Below, piece by piece: positions 1 through 12,446 of a stretch of 64,000 nt of DNA (positions are counted from its first letter, which is position 1; every line of letters starts with the position of its first letter). The DNA comes from Piromyces finnis finn. Taxonomy: Eukaryota; Fungi; Neocallimastigomycota. The stretch lies in the NCBI GenBank assembly GCA_002104945.1, contig MCFH01000061.1, forward strand, positions 1 through 64,000. Reading direction: 5' to 3'. A program made the translations under genes and the position numbers. The notes beneath the pieces were generated by a model that saw nothing but the letters and a program-made list of their open reading frames with translations, did not search any database and was not told the origin of the DNA.

Positions 1-691
<691 letters not shown>

Positions 692-2128
692 TTTGTAATG
701 TAATAATTCCACTATAAATTATATTAATAGAATTATTAACTACAATGTCATGAATATTAGTGGATTCATGATAATTTATTTAAATAATGTTTTATTATTT
801 AATTAATTAGGAGTAATAATTTTATAAAACATTATTAAACAATATTTTTAGAGATATTTATTAATTATAATTATTAAGATTTTATATTTATTAAAGTTTA
901 AATAATATCTCTTTGTTCATTTGATGTGGAAGGAAATTTAAATAAATGAAATAGTTAGTCATTCCTCCTTCAAATGATTGAAATGACTTAAGCAATTAAA
1001 TAAAGAAAAGTCATAAGCTTAAAGTCATTATATAAATATTTAATATATTTTAATTTATAGAATAGTTAATTATATTAAAATTGAAATCATGTATTTTATA
1101 ATTAATGTAACTTTATTAAATAGATTAATTATTTATTAATTGATTTAAAAATTATAAATACTCGAATTTAATTCAACAATTGAACTTTTCGAGAAATCAT
1201 TAAGTTTGATAACTCTACTTAGTGAATTAATAAAATATTTGATTAATAAGATGTATTAATAAATTTATTAATAAATAAAAGTATTATAATAAAACATAAT
1301 TTATATTAAATTAATAAGTAGGGTTAGGGCATTCTGACCTAACTTACCTAAATTCATCTTAGATCCTTAACATATAATTTATTGATAAATTGAGAATAAT
1401 AAAGAAAATAAATATTAATACTTATCTTTAAGTTCGAGTTTATTATAAGAGTAGAAATAATTTTACACTTTAATAAGTTAATATGTTTTATTATAACTAA
1501 GTTAAGTAAAATAAAATTAAAAACACTTTTATTATTATAATTTGGTTTTTATAATAATAACTCTTGATTCCTTAGAAGAGAATCAAGAGTCTTATTTATA
1601 TTATTTAATAAATTTAAAGTTTAAATTAAAATTTTATCTAATCTTAACAAAATAATTTTTTGTTTAGGAAAAGATTAGAAGAAAAAACCTAAACAAAGTT
1701 CGATCAATATTCTATACATATTGATCATCGTATACTTTAAGTAAAACCAATTATTTTAGAAATTGGAAAAACCTTAAAATATCGATTCCTAAACAATGAA
1801 TAATTATTTTAAAGTAATTAATTAAATAAATAATTAAATATATTTGATAAAAATATAAAGTTAAATAAAAGTAATTAATTAAATTAATTAATTAAATGCA
1901 TAAATATAATTAATAAAAATATTAAATAAAATATTGATGAATAATATAATTAAATGGCTAAATGTAATTTAAGATATTAAAATTAAGTGAAAATAAATAA
2001 TTAAAATAAATTTAAATGAGAATAATTATTTAAATAAACTAATATTAATAACATTAATTAATAATTAATAATTAATGATTTTAACTAAGAAATATTAATT
2101 ATGTATCAAATAATTATTATTTCTTACA

Positions 2129-2623
2129 TATAAGAAATATTTGTGGCCATAAGTTTGCCCACAAATATTTCAATTGAAACCATATATTCTGGTCACCATT
2201 TATTGGCCAGATATATGCATAACCATATATTAATGGTTATTAATTAAATAGGAAATTTATTTGCTTTACCCAATCAAGTGGTAAAGAAAATAAACTAATA
2301 TAGTTAAATAGCATAGCTAAAACTAACGTTAAATACTTTAGCGTTAGTATTAAAGTAAATTAATAACTATAATAATAATTAATGTATCATAATTATAATA
2401 AATAAATAAAAGATATAATTAAAAATAATTATTTAAGTAAATTTATTTCATAATAATATTTATATACATTTATATTTATTTTTGTGTTATAATATTTATT
2501 TTCTTTCTTTTATTATTTTTTATAAAACTTTATTTAGTTATTAACTCGTATAGAGAGGTAATAACTAACTTAATTTAACTAATTATATAACATATTAACT
2601 AATAATATAAAAAACCTTTTACA
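2129..2623. mobile_element. Family F solo LTR-like repeat (TATAAGAA...CCTTTTACA); mirror 39534-40027
   Basis: A second copy in opposite orientation at 4473-4962 has intact TGTAAGAA...TTTTACA termini. Confidence 0.65.
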
Positions 2624-2628
2624 TACTT

Positions 2629-3225
2629 TATTAAAAAGCGATTTTTTATTAAAGAAAAGTGTGGTAAGCACAATAGTTATATTAATTAACAAATATAATA
2701 CGCTTTCCTATTGAAGGCGTAAAGCTAATAATATTTATATAAAGAAAATTAGATAATATTTTTATTTTAGCAATAACTTAATATCAGCATATATTAAGTT
2801 ATTAAAAATATTAAAATTTTTTAAAGTTTTGGGTTTTATAGGTGTTTATAAATTTTATTAACTTTAAAGTTAAAAAAATTACTAACGCTAAAGCTTCGTA
2901 ATTTTTGTCAATTTTTGTTCTTTTTATACATGAACAATTTTAATTATTACATTTTTAATTTTAATTAATTATTGTCTAATTATAAAATATTTAATTTTTA
3001 TAAATTAATAATTAATATAATTATTGTAAATAGTTAATAAATAAAATTTTAATAATTTTAAAAAAATTTAATAATTCAAAGATTAGAAATTTTATACTTT
3101 GAAATTTTTTAATAAAATTTTAAAAAATAAATTTTTTCAAATTTTCAAATTTTCAAATTTTAAAAAAATTTTTAATTTTTCCATGTGTCCAAATTTTTTA
3201 AATTTTTATATATATTATTGTGATA
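2629..3225 (-). mobile_element. Solo LTR of the gypsy family at 46800-53488; mirror 38933-39528
   Basis: Reverse complement of the 619-bp gypsy LTR with eroded termini; flanked by 5-bp TSD TACTT (2624-2628, 3226-3230). Confidence 0.85.
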
Positions 3226-4472
3226 TACTTGTTAATAAATAATGAAATTAATAAATATAAAATTATTATTAAACCTGTTTTAAGTTAACCCTAAAAGTAA
3301 CTTAAAATAAGTTATAGTTTAATTAATTACTTTACCAAAATTCTAAAATGAAATTAATCTTAAACACTGCATATATTTTAATTATTGAAAGAAAATAATA
3401 AACTTTAATTAATCGAGATCAAAATATATAACTTTTGTTAAATTAATTGTTAAATTAAATATTTAATAACTTCGTTAGTAAATTACACTTTAAAAGTAAA
3501 CAAATATAATAATTCATGTTATAAAATAATATAAGTAACACTTTCATTAAAAACATTAAAAATAATTATTACTTTAATTAATTGTAAAATAAACAGCTTT
3601 TTATATTCTTTAACTTTTAATTATTTCTCTTATTGTTATTTTTAATTACTTTTATTACTTTTATTGTAAATAGTTATTAATTTTATTATTTTAATATAAA
3701 TAGTTTAAATTTAAAAGAAAATATAAATACATGTAAATATTCTTATTTTAATCATTATTATTATTATTAATAAAGAAATATTCTATAGTTTAGTTAATAT
3801 TTTTATAATTTTAATAATCACTTTTATAATTAAATAAATAAAATTTTAAATAATTAAATATTAGAAAAACGAGGGTTTCTAATAAAACAATTTAGTGTTT
3901 TAATAAAACAATATTATTAATTTTTATAAAAACAATTTTAAGTCTTAATTAATATAACTTATACAGTTATAACTAAAGATATAATATAATAATCACTTTT
4001 TGAAGTAAAATTCAAAATTAAGATTATTATCAAATTATATCACTTTTGTTATTACGAAATAAAATAAATACCTATTAATGTTGTGTTTATCCTAACCTTT
4101 ATTGATAAACACTTTAATTAATTGTTAAACTTATTTTACTATTTTTATTCTCGGATTATTATATTATTAATATTAATAATGATTTGTTTAGTATCTAAAT
4201 TAAACTTAATATATTTATACTTAAATACAAAATTTATATTTTTATTAAAAACTATATATTTATCTTTATAACAAAATATATTATTATCAATATTTATATT
4301 ACTATTTAATTATAATTATTGAATGATTGTATCATTATATTATTTTTTTTATCAATAATTTGAAGTATAAAAATGTACCAGCCAATAATTTTATTTTAGA
4401 TAATCTATTTATCGTTAAAATATATTATTAATAAAAATTTAAATATCTATATGAATAATAATCCTGTACCAT

Positions 4473-4962
4473 TGTAAAAGGTTTATTATAAAATTAGTTA
4501 ATAAGTTATATAATTAGTTAATTAAATTAGTTATTACCTCTCTAACGAGTTAATAACTAAATAAAGTTTTATAAAAAATAATAAAAGAACTAAAATAAAT
4601 ATCATTACACAAAAATAAATATAAACAAAATAGATGTTATTATGAAATAAATTTACTTAAATAATTATTCTTTAATTATATCTTTTATTTATTAGTTATA
4701 ATTATCATACATTAATTATTATTATAGTTATTAATTTACTTTAATACTAACGCTAAAGTATTTAGCGTTTGTTTACACTATTCTATTTAACTATTCTAGT
4801 TTATTTCCTTTACCACTTGACTGGGTAAGGCAAATAAACTTCCTATTTAATTAACCATTAATATATGGTTATATATAATTCCGGCCAATAAATGTTAACC
4901 AGAATATATGGTTTCAATTGAAATAATTGTGGGCAAACTTATGACCACAAATATTTCTTACA
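4473..4962. mobile_element. Family F solo LTR-like repeat; mirror 37197-37686
   Basis: ~490-bp near copy of 2129-2623 in inverted orientation, TG...CA termini. Confidence 0.65.
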
Positions 4963-4971
4963 ACTTTTGTG

Positions 4972-5639
4972 TGTAAGAAATATAGAAATAAATTCTATTT
5001 TTCTTAAGTATTATTAAGTATAAATTTATATTAAATTTATTATTTATTATAATTCTATTTTATAATTAAATTAAATAAACCTTAAAGAATATGGAAATTT
5101 ACTTAATTCATTCAATAATGTTCAATTAAAAAATATAATAAATAGAAATATCCAGTAAAAGAAATATGTAGATTAATTTTTAATATATACAAATTAAGTC
5201 ACTAATACTAAAAATAAATTAAATAATATTTTTCCAAAATCAATTTGGTTTTTTAATTATTTAATTCAACAAATAATTCTTCGGGTTTTTCTTCTAGTCT
5301 TTTCCTGAAGATACAACAACTAGACTAGAATACAATAAAAAGTCATAAATAACAAATTATTAATCAATTTAATAAATTAAAATTTTATAATTTAATATAA
5401 ATAATTATTAACCAGCTAGTTTTACGGTACTCGAGAGTTATTACACAAATGTATATGTTTATTTATATATTTTATTATAAAGTCTTCTATTTATTAAATA
5501 AAAATTTTCATTACATTTATATCATACATATAACAAATATATTACGTTATTATGCTACATTATTCTATTATATTATTTCAAATACATATTATTACATTAT
5601 AAATTATAATGTATTACATGATTTTGTATTATGTTAACA
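4972..5639 (-). mobile_element. 3' LTR region of copia-1 (start at 5639 firm; distal boundary uncertain)
   Basis: TGTTAAC directly follows the polypurine tract GAGGGAGGAA (5640-5649, minus strand). The next TG/CA terminus is at 4972, which is only a maximal boundary. Confidence 0.45.
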
Positions 5640-5652
5640 TTCCTCCCTCAAA

Positions 5653-6846
5653 CTAATTTTTCATTAGAAAAATTTTGTTTGTAAAGTTTGACATTTTCGG
5701 ACCATTGGTTACTTTAGTTAATACATCAGCTAACATATTTTTAGTATCTATATAATTTAATTTTACCTTTCCTTTATCAATGTTATCTTTATTGAAAAAA
5801 TATTTAATAGCAATGTGTTTTAATTTTGGATTTATTTCATCGTTTTCTATATTTGTTTTACTTGCTATATTATCAGTGTAAATAGTAATTGGTTTATTAA
5901 AGTTAAATAATTCTTCTAATATGTTTTTTATCCATAATACCTTTTTGACACATTCTGAAGTACTTATGTATTCCGCTTCGGCAGTTGATGTGGCTACTAT
6001 CGTTTGCTTCTTACTGTTCCAGCATATTGGACTATTACCCATTAGTATAATATTTCCTGAAGTGGATTTTCTATCTTTTATGTCTCCAGCAAAATCTGCA
6101 TCACAATAAGAAATTATTTCTCCTTTTCCTTCATAATTAATTTTAAAGTTCTTTGTGGTGTTTAAATATTTTAATATGTGTGTAACTTTTATCCAGTCAG
6201 ATATAGTGGGGTTTTCGGATTTTCTAGTTGCTTTACCTACTGCAAATGCTATATCAGGTCTGGTACATTTTGCCAAATATATTAACGAACCAATAGCACT
6301 CTTATATGTTGTTACACTAAATGGTGTATCATTTTCACCTTTGATGTTGTCACCTACACATGGAGTATTAGTTTTTCTTGTGTAACGTATATTAAATGTT
6401 TCTAATAATTTTTCAATAAAACCTGTTTGAGAAATAGTATATGTGTTTTTATCCCTTTCAACTTTTATACCGAGAATATAATTAATAGGTTCGGCTTTAG
6501 ATACTTTGAAATTATGTTTTATAGTTTTTACAATACTTTCTATTTCTTTATTATCTCCTGTAATTACCATATCATCTACGTAAAGACCTATAATCCCTAC
6601 TAATTTTCCTTTGTGTTCCTTTTTAAAGATACATTTTTCAGAAATTAATTGTTCGTAATTATTCTTGGTTAAAAATTTTGTGATAGTTATATTCCATTGC
6701 CTACCGGATTGCTTTAGTCCGTAAAGGGCTTTGTTCAACTTCCAATATCCCCGCCTAAAGTTAGGATCTCCAGGAGGAATTGTTGTATAAATATCTTTGT
6801 CCAATTCCGCATTGAGATACGCGGCTTTAATATCAAGTTGCAGCAT
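5653..6846 (-). CDS. pol: Copia-1 reverse transcriptase/RNase H (frame remains open upstream of the listed Met to ~7240)
   Basis: LDIKAAYLN, LNKALYGLKQSGRQW, GLYVDDM, TRPDIAF, YCDADFA, EAEY, ADVLTK. Confidence 0.93.
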   Translation of the reverse strand: MLQLDIKAAYLNAELDKDIYTTIPPGDPNFRRGYWKLNKALYGLKQSGRQWNITITKFLTKNNYEQLISEKCIFKKEHKGKLVGIIGLYVDDMVITGDNKEIESIVKTIKHNFKVSKAEPINYILGIKVERDKNTYTISQTGFIEKLLETFNIRYTRKTNTPCVGDNIKGENDTPFSVTTYKSAIGSLIYLAKCTRPDIAFAVGKATRKSENPTISDWIKVTHILKYLNTTKNFKINYEGKGEIISYCDADFAGDIKDRKSTSGNIILMGNSPICWNSKKQTIVATSTAEAEYISTSECVKKVLWIKNILEELFNFNKPITIYTDNIASKTNIENDEINPKLKHIAIKYFFNKDNIDKGKVKLNYIDTKNMLADVLTKVTNGPKMSNFTNKIFLMKN

Positions 6847-7237
6847 GTTCCAATTGAGTTTAGAGGCTAACGCAATAATTAATTTAAGACCATCAATATT
6901 GAGAGTAGGGGAGTAAGTAAGATCGAAATCAATACCTTTTTTCTGTTTGAACCCTCTAGCAACGACCCGGGCCTTTCTTTTAATAATAGTATTGTTCGGA
7001 CCTCTTTTATTGGTGAAGACCCATCTTGTAGAAATTAAATTTTTATTTTTGGGGACATATTTAACAAAAGTAAAAATTTTATTATTGTAGAGATTGGATA
7101 ATTCTTCATTTATAGCAGTTTTCCATTCGTTTTGGTATATACAATTGACAGCTTCGTTATATGTAAATGGGACATTTGTAACAATATTAAAAATATGTTT
7201 AGAGTTAAAAGAAGGTTTTTTAAATTTTGTTTTATAT

Positions 7238-8182
7238 CTAGATTTTGTGTGTATTATTATTTAATTTTTTCTTCAAATTAGAAATGGAGTGACTATTAAA
7301 AGAGGTTTTATTAGGATAATAAAATCTGTTTTTTGCAATGATATTCCTTAATCTGGTGTAATCCTGTGATTTATTGAAATTATTATTATTATCAATAATT
7401 AAGGTTTTGTAACTTCTTCTTGCGGAAAATCTAAGGTTTGATGTAGAGTTTGGACTTTTAGTATATTTGTAATTATTATTTGGACTTTGTACGTATTTAT
7501 TAGTAGATGATTGATTAATATTAGAATTTGAATTAGGGATGTAATTTGATTCATTTAATATATTATTGTTTACATTTTCACGTATATTATTTGTATATTC
7601 ATTGTTAATATTTTTATTATCTGAATTAAAATCAATATCCATGTTGTTATTATCTCTTGAATTATCATATTTAATAGAGTTTGATTTTTCTGAGTTATTG
7701 GAACTTAAATTATTATAATTTGTGTCTTTAGTATTTGAATTAGAAAATATATTAGTATTGTTAGAAAAATTATTTGAACCTAAATTATTATTATTTTCGT
7801 TTTCTTGAGAACTTAAATTATTATTATTATTTTGATTAATTTCTGAACCTAAATTATTATTATTTTCATTTTCAATTTTTGATTAAAAATCTTGCAAATT
7901 TTTATTATTAAAACTTTTTTCACCATTTTCAATGTTAAATTCATCTTCATTTTCGTCAGCTGAATAGAAGTTTTCATCATCTGAAGCTATTGACTCATTT
8001 TCTTCAACTTTTTCTTTTTCTTTGAGATTATTATCTTCCTTTTCTTTTGTTCTTACGCTATTATTATCTTTATTTGGTTCCTCTGGAACTTGGGCTTTAT
8101 GATTATTATCATCGTCCGATTTGTTAAAAATTTTGTTTATTTTATTATTGTTTTGAATAAAAAATCTATCGTTTATCTTCAT
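7238..8182 (-). pseudogene. Asn-rich integrase-RT linker of copia-1, frameshifted (ORFs 7883-8182 and 7238-7642)
   Basis: Lies between the integrase tail and RT start; low-complexity, broken frames. Confidence 0.6.
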
Positions 8183-8305
8183 ATATTTACTGAAATTAAA
8201 ATCAAATTTAAAGAATGATGTACCATGTAAATTCGATTTTATATTATTTGATAATGAGATATTTGCTGGTTTATCCTCTAGACAAAATATCTCTCTTACA
8301 TTATG

Positions 8306-8822
8306 TATTGTGGTTAAAATAATTTCTTTATTTTATTTAAATAATATATTAATAAAATATTATTAATAATATTAACTATATTAATAATAATATAATTCAT
8401 CAAATATCATTATAATAGTTATTAATCTTTTAATTCAAAGATTATAATTTGTCTTATTGAAATAATTGTTATAAAATAAAGTTATTATCTTCTGGAGAAT
8501 TATTACAATGTAATTTAATTTAATTTAATTTGCTTTAATCAATGGGAAAAGATAATTTAGTTTTACAGAATGATTTATGATTAATACATTAGGGGTGACC
8601 ATTCTCTGAATTTTCATTAATCATTTATTCATAATTATCTTTAAACCTTAATATCTCACGAACCAGCAGAGATAACATGCTCGCATTAACATATGTTGTA
8701 GTTCTCAAGCGTGGCTTTCTAACGAACGTACAATTACCAAAAATACAATTATCCAAAATCGCTATTCATTGAGGAGATACGCATGTTTTTCCTTATCCAA
8801 TTTTGACGATAAGGGTTAAAGT
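8306..8822. mobile_element. Family A LTR, distal part (split by copia-2, truncated at the copia-1 junction)
   Basis: Joined to 13967-14126 it restores the family A sequence GATAAGGGTTA(A/G)AGTTATTTATTATAAAAATT seen uninterrupted near 22513-22545. Confidence 0.85.
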
Positions 8823-9052
8823 TATTAAACATTAATAATTTAACTTAAATCTAGAAATATGTAGAATAGAATAGAATTATGTATTATTAATATATTTAGT
8901 CATAGAATATTCTCATGATAAATAATACGCCACAATTCTTAGTATAAATAGAGAATAAATTTATGAACTATTTATGTACTTTGTAATTACTTTTTTATTA
9001 ATAATATTAATAAATAAAGTTTATATTAAAAACAATATTATAAATTTTCTCA

Positions 9053-9066
9053 GATTAAGAGTCTCA
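9053..9066 (+). promoter_or_regulatory. Primer-binding site complementary to the tRNA-Lys(CUU) anticodon arm
   Basis: GATTAAGAGTCTCA abuts the LTR end; its reverse complement TGAGA-CTCTTAA-TC corresponds to positions 27-40 of a typical eukaryotic tRNA-Lys(CUU). Confidence 0.8.
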
Positions 9067-9082
9067 CAACTTTCTTATTATC

Positions 9083-9667
9083 ATGGACTACAATTTATTC
9101 AAAGGCCCTTCTCTCAATGGATCCAACTTTAATGCCTGGTACAACCATACCAAGAACACTTTGACTACATTCCAACTTAGTCAATACATTGAATCTGACG
9201 TCATTAATGATTTAAAGAAAAATAATACTACTCCGGATGTTTTAAATAATGCAAGAATTGAAAATGCCAAAGCTCTCGGTATCATCTATGGGATCATCTA
9301 TACTCCCATAGATGATAACATTCATAGCTACCTAAGAGGACTTAATACAGCTTATGAAGTCATGAGCAAGTTAACTGAACTGTTTAAACAAGACGATGAT
9401 GTAAACCTTGAAGCCTGGTTAAACAAGATTAATAATATTAATAATATGAAGGCAAGAAATGAAAAAGAAATTATTAAAACTCTGAGCAACATGATGGAAC
9501 TTTTTAGATTAATGGAATCAAATAATTCACAACTTACCGAAGCAGAAAAAATGCGGTACACGTATAATTCATTACCCAGCAATATTAGAAATATTATAAT
9601 TCTATCAAATACTTATAATACATCATCAGAATTATTCAACTCTATAAAGAAAGAATTAAAACTATGA
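9083..9667 (+). CDS. gag: Copia-2 Gag N-terminal part
   Basis: LNGSNFNAWYNHTKNTL copia Gag N-terminal motif; starts 16 nt after the PBS. Confidence 0.8.
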   Translation: MDYNLFKGPSLNGSNFNAWYNHTKNTLTTFQLSQYIESDVINDLKKNNTTPDVLNNARIENAKALGIIYGIIYTPIDDNIHSYLRGLNTAYEVMSKLTELFKQDDDVNLEAWLNKINNINNMKARNEKEIIKTLSNMMELFRLMESNNSQLTEAEKMRYTYNSLPSNIRNIIILSNTYNTSSELFNSIKKELKL

Positions 9668-11031
9668 ACCATGCCGATGAAATAACACCTCCAAAAATAT
9701 TTATAAACACTGAAGATAAAATGGATATCGATTACCTTGATAAAATTTTCTATAAAAATAAAAATAATAATTTTAGAAAGAATTTTAAACAAAATAAATA
9801 CTGTGATATTTGCAAAAAGAATAATCACAACACTGAAAATTGCTACTATAATTCAAAAAATAATAATAATAGAAGATCAAGCCACAATATAAGAAGGCCA
9901 AGCCATAAATCATACCACAATAGTCAATATAATAAGTTTAATGGAAAAGTAAACAATATCTCATACGATAGTAACAAGCAAAATATTAATAATTACAATG
10001 ATAATTCTACACTAGATGAGCTTAGACTAATACTAGAAAAACACAATATAAATTCCATTCAAATAAACAATGATTTAAATAAAAATATAAATAAATATCA
10101 TACATGCTGGATATACGATACAGGTGCTTCGGAACATGTTACAAATAATAAAAATATTCTTAAGAATTTTTGCCATAAGAAAATTAAAATGAATTGTGCT
10201 AACAATACAGTATGCTACTTTGATGGATTTGGCACATATGAAGGATATATAAATAACTATCCAATAAAATTAGTCAACGTATACTATTCCAAACAATTAA
10301 ACAAAAACTTAATTAGCGGCATTAAACTTAGTAACTCTGGATTCAAAAGTACTATAAGTCAAGAAAATAATAAACCCTGTATCATAATTAAATCTCAAGA
10401 TAACAAGAACATTTATAAAACTTTCTCAAACAATGATAATAGCTTTCTTATTCATACTAAAAACAAAGAATACAATAATAAGCGTATATTCAATATCAAT
10501 AATTCAAATTTTAATGAAACACTATGGCACAATCGACTTGCTCATTACTATAATAAAGATCTTAAAAAATATTTAATTGAACACAATATTTCCCAAAATT
10601 TTTGTAATGAATGCAAAGCCAGCAAATTAAAAAGAAAGCCTCATAATAAAATTACACCTAAAGCTTCCGAAATCAATGAAGTTATCCATTCAGATATTAT
10701 TGGTCCACTTACTGAATCTGTTAATAAAAAGAAATATATTCTTACTTTCATTGATGATTTTTCAAGACATTCCTGGATATATCTACTTTCTTCTAAAGCT
10801 GAAGCTCCCAAAATAATTATTGAATTTTTAACTCTTATTAATAACCAGTCAAATAATCACAAAGTCAAATATTTTAAAAGTGATAATGGTAAAGAATACA
10901 CTAACAAAAAGGTTATTAAATTCTGCAAAAAATATGGAATTATTAAATTATTTTCTCCTCCTTACAACCCAGAAAATAACGGTATTGCAGAAAGGTTCAA
11001 CCAAAACTTTATTATATTGGAGCAAACTTAG
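9664..11031 (+). CDS. pol: Copia-2 Gag zinc knuckle, protease and integrase N-terminus/core (frameshift fragment)
   Basis: CDICKKNNHNTENC knuckle; WIYDTGASEH protease; WHNRLAH...CNEC; IHSDIIGP, FKSDNGKEY, NGIAERFN. Confidence 0.92.
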   Translation: MNHADEITPPKIFINTEDKMDIDYLDKIFYKNKNNNFRKNFKQNKYCDICKKNNHNTENCYYNSKNNNNRRSSHNIRRPSHKSYHNSQYNKFNGKVNNISYDSNKQNINNYNDNSTLDELRLILEKHNINSIQINNDLNKNINKYHTCWIYDTGASEHVTNNKNILKNFCHKKIKMNCANNTVCYFDGFGTYEGYINNYPIKLVNVYYSKQLNKNLISGIKLSNSGFKSTISQENNKPCIIIKSQDNKNIYKTFSNNDNSFLIHTKNKEYNNKRIFNINNSNFNETLWHNRLAHYYNKDLKKYLIEHNISQNFCNECKASKLKRKPHNKITPKASEINEVIHSDIIGPLTESVNKKKYILTFIDDFSRHSWIYLLSSKAEAPKIIIEFLTLINNQSNNHKVKYFKSDNGKEYTNKKVIKFCKKYGIIKLFSPPYNPENNGIAERFNQNFIILEQT

Positions 11032-11614
11032 TATTAATTTTTGGAATTTTGCAGTACAATATTCTAATTATATTTATAATTTAGTTCCTCATCAAGGCAT
11101 TTCAAATCATATTCCATATGAAATTTATAATAGTAAAAAAGCTAATATTAACCATATCAAAGTCTTTGGATGCATTTGCGAATACAAAATTTTTAATCAA
11201 AATAAAAACAAGTTATCACCAAACACTGCTAAAGGCATATTTTTAGGATTTAATACAAATGCGAATTCATATATAATAATGGACTATAATAAACAAACTA
11301 TTCATCTGGTTAGAGAAGCCTACTTCCACGAAGATACTCCTGCTAACTACTCTGCTGACTCCGAATCAACAATTAAAGATCCATACGATTTTAATTCTTA
11401 TGTCCCAATGGTTAAGGACAATTCTACTAAGTTCGACCCTCCAGAGTTCAATTCCGCCAACAGTACCAATTCAGAAATTTTTAATTATATCCCAATCACA
11501 AATAATTCACCTAACTCTTCAGATAATTTAAAAGAATTTTCAGGTACTACAACAAATTTTTCTGGTGAAACATCAAAAATTTTCTCCAATTCTAATAATG
11601 AAAACTTTAAATAA
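10880..11614 (+). pseudogene. pol: Copia-2 integrase C-terminus (frameshift fragment)
   Basis: FWNFAVQYSNYIYN, IPYEIY, KVFGC, GIFLGF, VREAYFHE. Confidence 0.85.
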
Positions 11615-12446
11615 TCAAAATTTTAATAATAAAATTTCAAATTCTGAAAATAATTATGATCTTGAAATTTCAAAAAACATTTCAAGAAATTTCTCGTCAA
11701 ATAATAATTTTACCACACCAAATAAAAATTATAATGATACAGACACACCTACTAATATCAACATTAATTATAATAGTCAAATTTTTCCAACTCCTACAAA
11801 TAATGATCTCGAAATTCATGATGAATTTCTTAATACAAATAATTTTTCTTCATATAATAATAATTTTAATAGTTCGACTCCTATTATAGAAAATAATAAC
11901 ATTAATAATTTTCCAAATAATCCAACTAATTTTTATGACAAATTTTCCACATTTTTTAACGATACAAATCATAAAATCCCTAAAAGACCTACCAGTCCAC
12001 TTATTAACCCAAAACTCAAAAGACTCAATTCTTATTCTTATCCTAAAATTGATTCTATTTCTTCAATACATACATCAATTCCTATAACCTATCAAGATGC
12101 ATTATCAAATAATAATAGTGACAAATGGATTAAAGCTATTTATGATGAACTAAACAATCTTTACAGAAATAAAACTATGACATTCGTTAAAAATCTTCCC
12201 AAAGGTAAAAATGTAGTAACCACCAAATGGATTTTCACTATTAAAACAGATGAAAATAATTACATTACTAAATATAAAGCACGTATTGTAGCTAGAGGTT
12301 ACATACAAAAATATGGCATTGATTTTGAATTTACATACTCTCCAACTTTAAACTTTGATATTATTAAACTTCTTCTTGCTATTTCCGCAAAATTCAAATG
12401 GAACGTTTATCAATTGGACATCAAACCTGCCTCCATGCAAATTTAG
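11565..12446 (+). pseudogene. pol: Copia-2 linker and RT N-terminus (frameshift fragment)
   Basis: PITYQDAL, WIKAIYDEL, TTKWIF, YKARIVARGY, YQLDIK. Confidence 0.88.

Larger units (their letters stand above)
5640..8305 (-). mobile_element. Copia-1: 5'-truncated Ty1/copia retrotransposon (integrase tail, linker, RT, RNase H, PPT)
   Basis: VREIFCLEDKPA integrase tail, KARVVARGF, LDIKAAYL, LYVDDM and SYCDADFAG motifs; PPT before LTR. Confidence 0.92.

Noticed and set aside
955-975. Copia-like PPT (TTTGAAGGAGGAA-TGA on the minus strand)
   Set aside because: Probably an old copia 3' remnant, but no coding sequence or LTR partner can be defined.
1320-1329. AGGGTTAGGG telomere-like motif
   Set aside because: Under two units and no array.
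4460-4471. TGGTACAGGAT after a family F LTR as a possible PBS (minus strand)
   Set aside because: I could not match it convincingly to a tRNA 3' end, and no coding region follows.
2129-4962. Inverted family F copies as terminal inverted repeats of a DNA transposon
   Set aside because: Each copy has its own TG...CA ends, there is no shared TSD and no transposase; two solo LTRs explain it better.
5921-6385. Short antisense ORFs over retrotransposon pol (also 9352, 13108, 13363, 48091, 48774, 51051 and mirrors)
   Set aside because: Shadows of the sense pol reading frame with no independent features.
9664-9667. ATGA stop/start overlap as programmed termination-reinitiation
   Set aside because: The break falls inside Gag, upstream of the zinc knuckle, and the element has three other frameshifts; a simple indel is more parsimonious.
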